Assembly: GCA_950097015.1 (NCBI GenBank)
Contig: CATNEN010000030.1
Location: 2,046,001-2,110,000, forward strand
DNA: 64,000 bases
Origin: Macrostomum hystrix
Lineage: Eukaryota; Animalia; Platyhelminthes
Direction: 5' to 3'
Positions within the stretch are counted from its first letter, which is position 1, and each line of letters begins with the position of its first letter. Below, in pieces: positions 59,342 to 64,000 of this stretch. Under the pieces are notes generated by a model. The model was given only the letters and a program-made list of their open reading frames with translations. It had not been told where the DNA came from and did not search any database. Both the position numbers and the translations under genes were made by a program.

Positions 59342-60604
59342 TGTTAGAAATTGGAGCGAAACGGAAAGATGCTTTTTGAGAGCTATAGGTATACTCGAGC
59401 ATTATAAATACGAGTATAAGGATACCGACCATGAAAAGTTAGTATGCCGTGGCAGATGTTTCAAATTTGTTATAGTGAGGCACAGTGAATTCAAGACTGA
59501 ATCGACAGCAAGCTTGACACCGGTGCAGATAGCTTGTGCAGATTCAGTTGCTGAAAAAACTGGCAGCAGCGTGAAGGCTGATCTATCTGAGACCAAGTGT
59601 ATGTGTGCAAATCAGCCTAACGAACATATAGTCGCACTAGCAGTGCTGTCTAAGCAAATACGAGCACTATGATACGGCTGAGATGAGCCGATTGTCAGTT
59701 TAGACTGATTTCCGCTAGTCCATTCCTACCTAGCTGGGCACGCACCGGACCTGCCTATTTACTCGTGGGTTTACGAGTCTACTTGCGGGACTCTCGGTTA
59801 CTGCAGTATTGACATTTAGACTGACGTGTAAATAAGTTTAAATTGTTATATTGAAGCAGCCTACTTTTGCTTGCTATAATCGGTATTGGCCAAAAATAAA
59901 TATTCTCAGCCAAATTTCTGACAAAATACAAATGCAAAAACTATTACGATGCATGCCCAATAAGCAAATAAATGTAGGCAGCCCCAGAGGCTTGTCGGTC
60001 AACTGTCGAGGTACCAAGCGCTTGGGCGCTGCTAAAAATGCTGTTAACGCATCTGCGCTTGTGGAACGGGAACGCTGCTATAGCAGTGAAATTCATGCAC
60101 TTATAAGCCCTCGTACATGGCCGCGGTCCAGACGCTTCCTTAAGTTCGATTACGCTCTTTCTGTTTGACTCGTGGTTGTCAGCCAGTCGCGGAAGAGATG
60201 TCAGGAACTATATGTGACGTAGTTGAGCTTATTTTCCGTTAAATATGCTAGGCGTGACGCAAATATTGGCTTAGACTCGAATTATGCATTGGCTTACGAG
60301 AACAAATAGAATTGATAAGATTTTATTCCACTATTTAGCAAAAACTGTCGTAAAATTGATTCTACCAGACATTAATGATCCATGTTCAAGTTGGTGTAAA
60401 TGTGCGGCAGCAACAACTTTTGCGAAGGTCAGGTCAAGCAGCTGGCGATACTTAAATCAAAGAATCAGGCAAGTGTGCAAGACAGACTCAACCAGGTGAA
60501 TCGGTTTGGCTCTGAATTCTCAGGGGTGCAAATAATTATAAAAGACCTACATTTCAATCGTAAGTCCAATACGTCAAGCAGCAGTTGTTGGAATCTGTAT
60601 TCTA

Positions 60605-61160
60605 TCAGCTGACCGGTGGCATACCCAACTGCTGCTCGTGCTTCAATGGACAGTCCCTGACAACGCACTGCTGCTGCGACGACTGCTGTTGGAATTGAGT
60701 CAGTTCCAAATCACAACTCGCCACGTATGGCGGCGGTGCCTCGAAGTAGTCAGCATTACTGCTAGCAGCAAAGGCGCCGTTCTGATAGGCGATAGCGGCA
60801 ATTAGCTGACTGTACGGAGGCGGCGGCAGCATGCCGAGCATTGGCACCTGCGGCCTCATCTGCTGCTGCTGCTGACGCTGCAGCTGCCGGTTTCTTAGCA
60901 AGTCGCATCTAAGTTTCCTGGCCCGAAAACGCCAAATGCAGCAGGCAGCAATGAAACCCGAGCACCAAGCCGACCAGCAAGATGGAACCAACCGTCAGGC
61001 CGGCCACTCTGCCGGGGCTGCAGGTGAAGGCATCCGGATCAGTGTCGCAGAAGCCACTGCCGGTGTCCGCAGCACGCGTGGCAGCCTGTACAGCCCGGAC
61101 AGCTAAACTGAGACAAACAAAATCTGCAACCGGCAGGCGAAAATGTGAAATCCTTTCCAT
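60605..61160 (-). CDS. Small single-pass membrane protein with two PPxY motifs (WBP1/VOPP1/PMEPA1-like NEDD4-adaptor architecture), ~184 aa after correcting a +1 frameshift at ~60955
   Basis: Removing one T joins the two ORFs: hydrophobic N-terminus, Cys pair (CDTDPDAFTC), TM VAGLTVGSILLVGLVLGFIAACCIW, basic stop-transfer RFRARKLR, poly-Q, then PPPPY and APPPY. Confidence 0.65.
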
Positions 61161-61791
61161 AGATGCGCAGAATCTTCTCTTAGTTGAATACGCAGCTCAT
61201 GTTTTAGTAGGAACTGTTGCAGTTCTTTATGCGTGCGTCGTTGCTCATGGCAACACGGATAATGCACAAGAAATTCGAGTTGCCAAAAGAAGTTTTGAAA
61301 AGTCAACTCTTTTAATGAAGTTTAGTGTTAGGATTCGTTTAGAAACAAACTACAAAGGCCAAGGAGGATTAAATGCTGAAGACTTGACTATAAATTCTAT
61401 GGAGCCTATAAAGTCCTAGTTTTGAATGTCAAAAGTAATTCAATGCTCAAAGCAACGCCAATTTTTAACTAATCAATGCCATCAATGCACTAATCAACCA
61501 ATGAGTTCACTTAGAGACTGCTAGTCATTATAGTAAATTAAATTGGACAAAAAAAGACAATTAAAATAGTCTTAAAACAGCCAAATGCAAAAACTAACAA
61601 ATAACACCGAAAGAGAAGCAAAAAACAAATTCACTGTATTTATGTTACACATGTAAAAAGCGGAGAAAACTACAAAATGTAGAACACAATACAGAAAGAG
61701 AATAGAGAGGATGCCACAAATGCTGCAATTATTGTCAAGGTTTTCAGAAACAGTATCAACTTTTGATTTCCCAGGCGCGACTGCAGTGCCG

Positions 61792-63898
61792 TCAGTTAAT
61801 GAGCATTGCGCACCGGTTTCTAGTGTGTCCCGGCTGCCCGCAGGCACCGCACTTTCTCTGCTTCTTCTGGCCGTCGCCACCGCCCCCGTCGCCACCGAAG
61901 GAGCTGCCGGCGCCGCCGCCGCCACCGCCGCGCCTATTACTATTGCCAAAATTCGTTTTCTGGAAGCTGCCACGTACTAAAGCCGCCTCTGCCTCTACCA
62001 CTTCCGCCGTCTGCGCCGCCGGCTCCGCTGAAACTTTCGGTGCCAAATCCTCCGCCGCCACCGCCTCCGGGCTCGTCGGCCCACTGAAAGAAGCCACAGC
62101 CTTGGTTCATTGGCTTGGCGCAGGCAAAAAATGGTCGGCCCTTGTTTGGACCCTCCTTTTGTACCGTTCTCTCGCGAGCCGCTTCACCACACTTGCAATT
62201 GACGTCGCTGCCGCCTCCGCTGACACCTCCGCCTAGTCCACTACCTGAAGCTCCAAATCCGCCGCCACCACCGCCAGCTGCGACTAATCCACCGCCGCCA
62301 CCAAATCCACCTCCAACTGCGCCAAATCCGCTGACACCGCCGCCCCCAAATCCACCTCCAACTGCGCCAAATCCGCTGCCGCCGCCGCCACCGCCGAATC
62401 CGCTGCCGCTGGTACCAGTGCCGCTACCGCCGGCTCCACTGGGAGGGCCGTCAGCCCACTGGAAGTGATTGCATGTACCGGAAGCGCACTTGTAGAATAG
62501 TCTACCGTGGTTCGGACCCTCTTTGCGAACTGTGAACTCGCGTACGGGTTGGCCACACGAGCAGGCAGCTAAAGCGGCAGCTGAGGCTGCGGGGGTGGCG
62601 TTGGACGCCGTCGACTGTGTCGGCTGGACATTGAACGTCTGGCGATCTTGCGGCTGCAGAAAAAGGCGCTGCTGCATCGAGCGGGTCGCAACGTCCGGCG
62701 GCTGCAACTCGTTGCCATGGAAACTGATAGCACTTGACTTTGGTTGGCCGCCAGTGCTACCTCCTCCGCCGCCGCCGCTGCTGACGGCGTTAGCGGAGCC
62801 GCCAAACGCACCGACATAGTCAGGATCGCAGAAGACACAGATTGTTCGCTCGGCCAAATCGCAGAACGGCATCGGCGCGGCCTGGCTAAATTGCAGCGTC
62901 AGCTTTCTGACCTGCCCGCCAGCGCCGGCTGTTGAACAATGCGGACAGTGTTCAGCCGAGACGGCAGCACGGCGGACAGAGTCTGGCAGCCAGACGGCCC
63001 GCCGGCAAGTCGGAAAGGCTAAGCAGCCAACAAAGAAGCCGACGCCATCTCGCTTAGTTTTCAGCGCCATGTCAGCCGTGGTACACTGCGGACATCGGCG
63101 GACAATACTTGGCAAGGCCTGGCCAGGTACGCCCGCCGCGTCGCCAGTTGGCAGGCCGGCCGGAGCATCCGCCACCGGCTGCTCGTCGAGGTAGTGGCCG
63201 ACCCTTGCGTCCAATAGGTTGGCCTGACGACAGGCTTCATCAAAGACACGCCTGTAGCGTTCAATGTGGTACTGGAGCACCTCCTGTAAAATAATAAAAA
63301 GTAAACGGCGAGAGTAACATGACTTGATTGTCAATGTCATCTAATAAGTACTTTATGGAGAAGCTTTAGCCTAATGCAATCATACCTGTTTAGTACGCCT
63401 GCCCTCGCAGATGGCCTTTAGATCAGCTTCCAAAGCTGCCCGCAGGTCAGGCTTAGACATTTGAAAGCCCATTGCGTCATAGCCTTCAACTAGACCGATG
63501 CCCAGCTGGCCCGGGACCAGAAACCTGGCGTCCTGCAGGCCAACATAGAGTCTCTGCTTCACTGTCTCAATGTGCTCAGCGTGCGTAGCGTCGGTGCCAA
63601 TACCGTGCCTGTCCATCAGGGCGATGAGGTCCGCTTCGGTTAGTAGCGGCGGAGCCGACGTGCATCCGTCAACTAGTTTGATTTCAGTTGGCCGAAACTG
63701 TTGACCGTGCTGAAACAGCGGCAGCTCCTTGTCGCACCATTTGTCGTAGATGTACACCTCTAAATAGTTGCGCTCGATAATGGTCAGGCCCTTGGCTTCG
63801 AAGCCTTCGCCATTGATGTCTATGGCTACTTTAGTTTCGCGACCCACCGCGTCCTTGGAGCAGCAGGCAAGGAAATGGCGAGCGACCAGCTCGAATAC
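61792..63898 (-). CDS. TOP3A: DNA topoisomerase III alpha, 3' portion; exons 63386-63898 and 61792-63283 (one +1 frameshift ~61975)
   Basis: Type IA core end (YLEVYIYDKW, PPLLTEADLIALMDRHGIGTDATHAEHIETVKQR), a C4 zinc ribbon, two GRF zinc fingers (CSCG..TVRKEGPNHGRLFYKC..FQWAD and CKCG..TVQKEGPNKGRPFFAC..FFQWAD) and a terminal CCHC knuckle KCGACGQPGHTRNRC. Confidence 0.95.
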
Positions 63899-63929
63899 CT
63901 GGGCAAAAGATGTGACAGCATAGTTCATC

Positions 63930-64000
63930 ACAGCTGCCATTTTGTAGCCTCCATTCCCCACGGCTGCCATTTTGCAGCCTCCATTACCCACAGCAGCCAT
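63930..64000. repeat. 30-bp repeat in a TOP3A intron, truncated by the window edge
   Basis: GCTGCCATTTTGYAGCCTCCATTMCCCACR occurs about 2.3 times; it explains the spurious MAAVGNGG start of the ORF. Confidence 0.75.

Noticed and set aside
21423-59347. Recurrent antisense ORFs (MKCISRVGCSLQL..) at 21423, 24944, 33808 and 59018
   Set aside because: They are shadows of the identical TRP cassette on the opposite strand, and their ends vary with the flanking sequence.
61792-62097. Separate zinc-knuckle gene, or the missing ZCCHC14 knuckle
   Set aside because: It is on the minus strand and becomes the in-frame C-terminus of TOP3A after removing one base.

Overview
This is animal genomic DNA with short GT-AG introns (many 80-125 nt), GC-rich exons and many unrelated minisatellites. 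That style fits a free-living flatworm such as Macrostomum, but the organism is an inference. Conserved genes in order: GPR155/LYCHOS (minus strand, runs off the left edge), MRPS33 (-), a full-length PIWI with the catalytic residues apparently intact (+), a ZCCHC14-like PX/SAM gene (+), a small single-pass PPxY membrane protein (-) and the 3' part of TOP3A (-). Mobile DNA includes a decayed piggyBac containing a solo LTR, a composite Sola2-like TIR element, a mariner with a nested tRNA-SINE inside a piwi intron, and a non-autonomous Helitron carrying two satellites. The most unusual region is 21-34 kb plus 57-59 kb. It holds four TRP(V)-like 6-TM channel genes (one a pseudogene) sharing a ~630-bp N-terminal cassette that is ~98-99% identical even at synonymous sites, while their S1-S4 regions are only ~40% identical. 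Interleaved with them are a spliced ankyrin-repeat/cGAS-like (cGLR, Mab-21) fusion gene and a mirror-image relic of its ankyrin exon. Four conserved genes each carry a single +1 frameshift, probably from long-read assembly errors. All alignments and counts were done by eye; no database searches were run.
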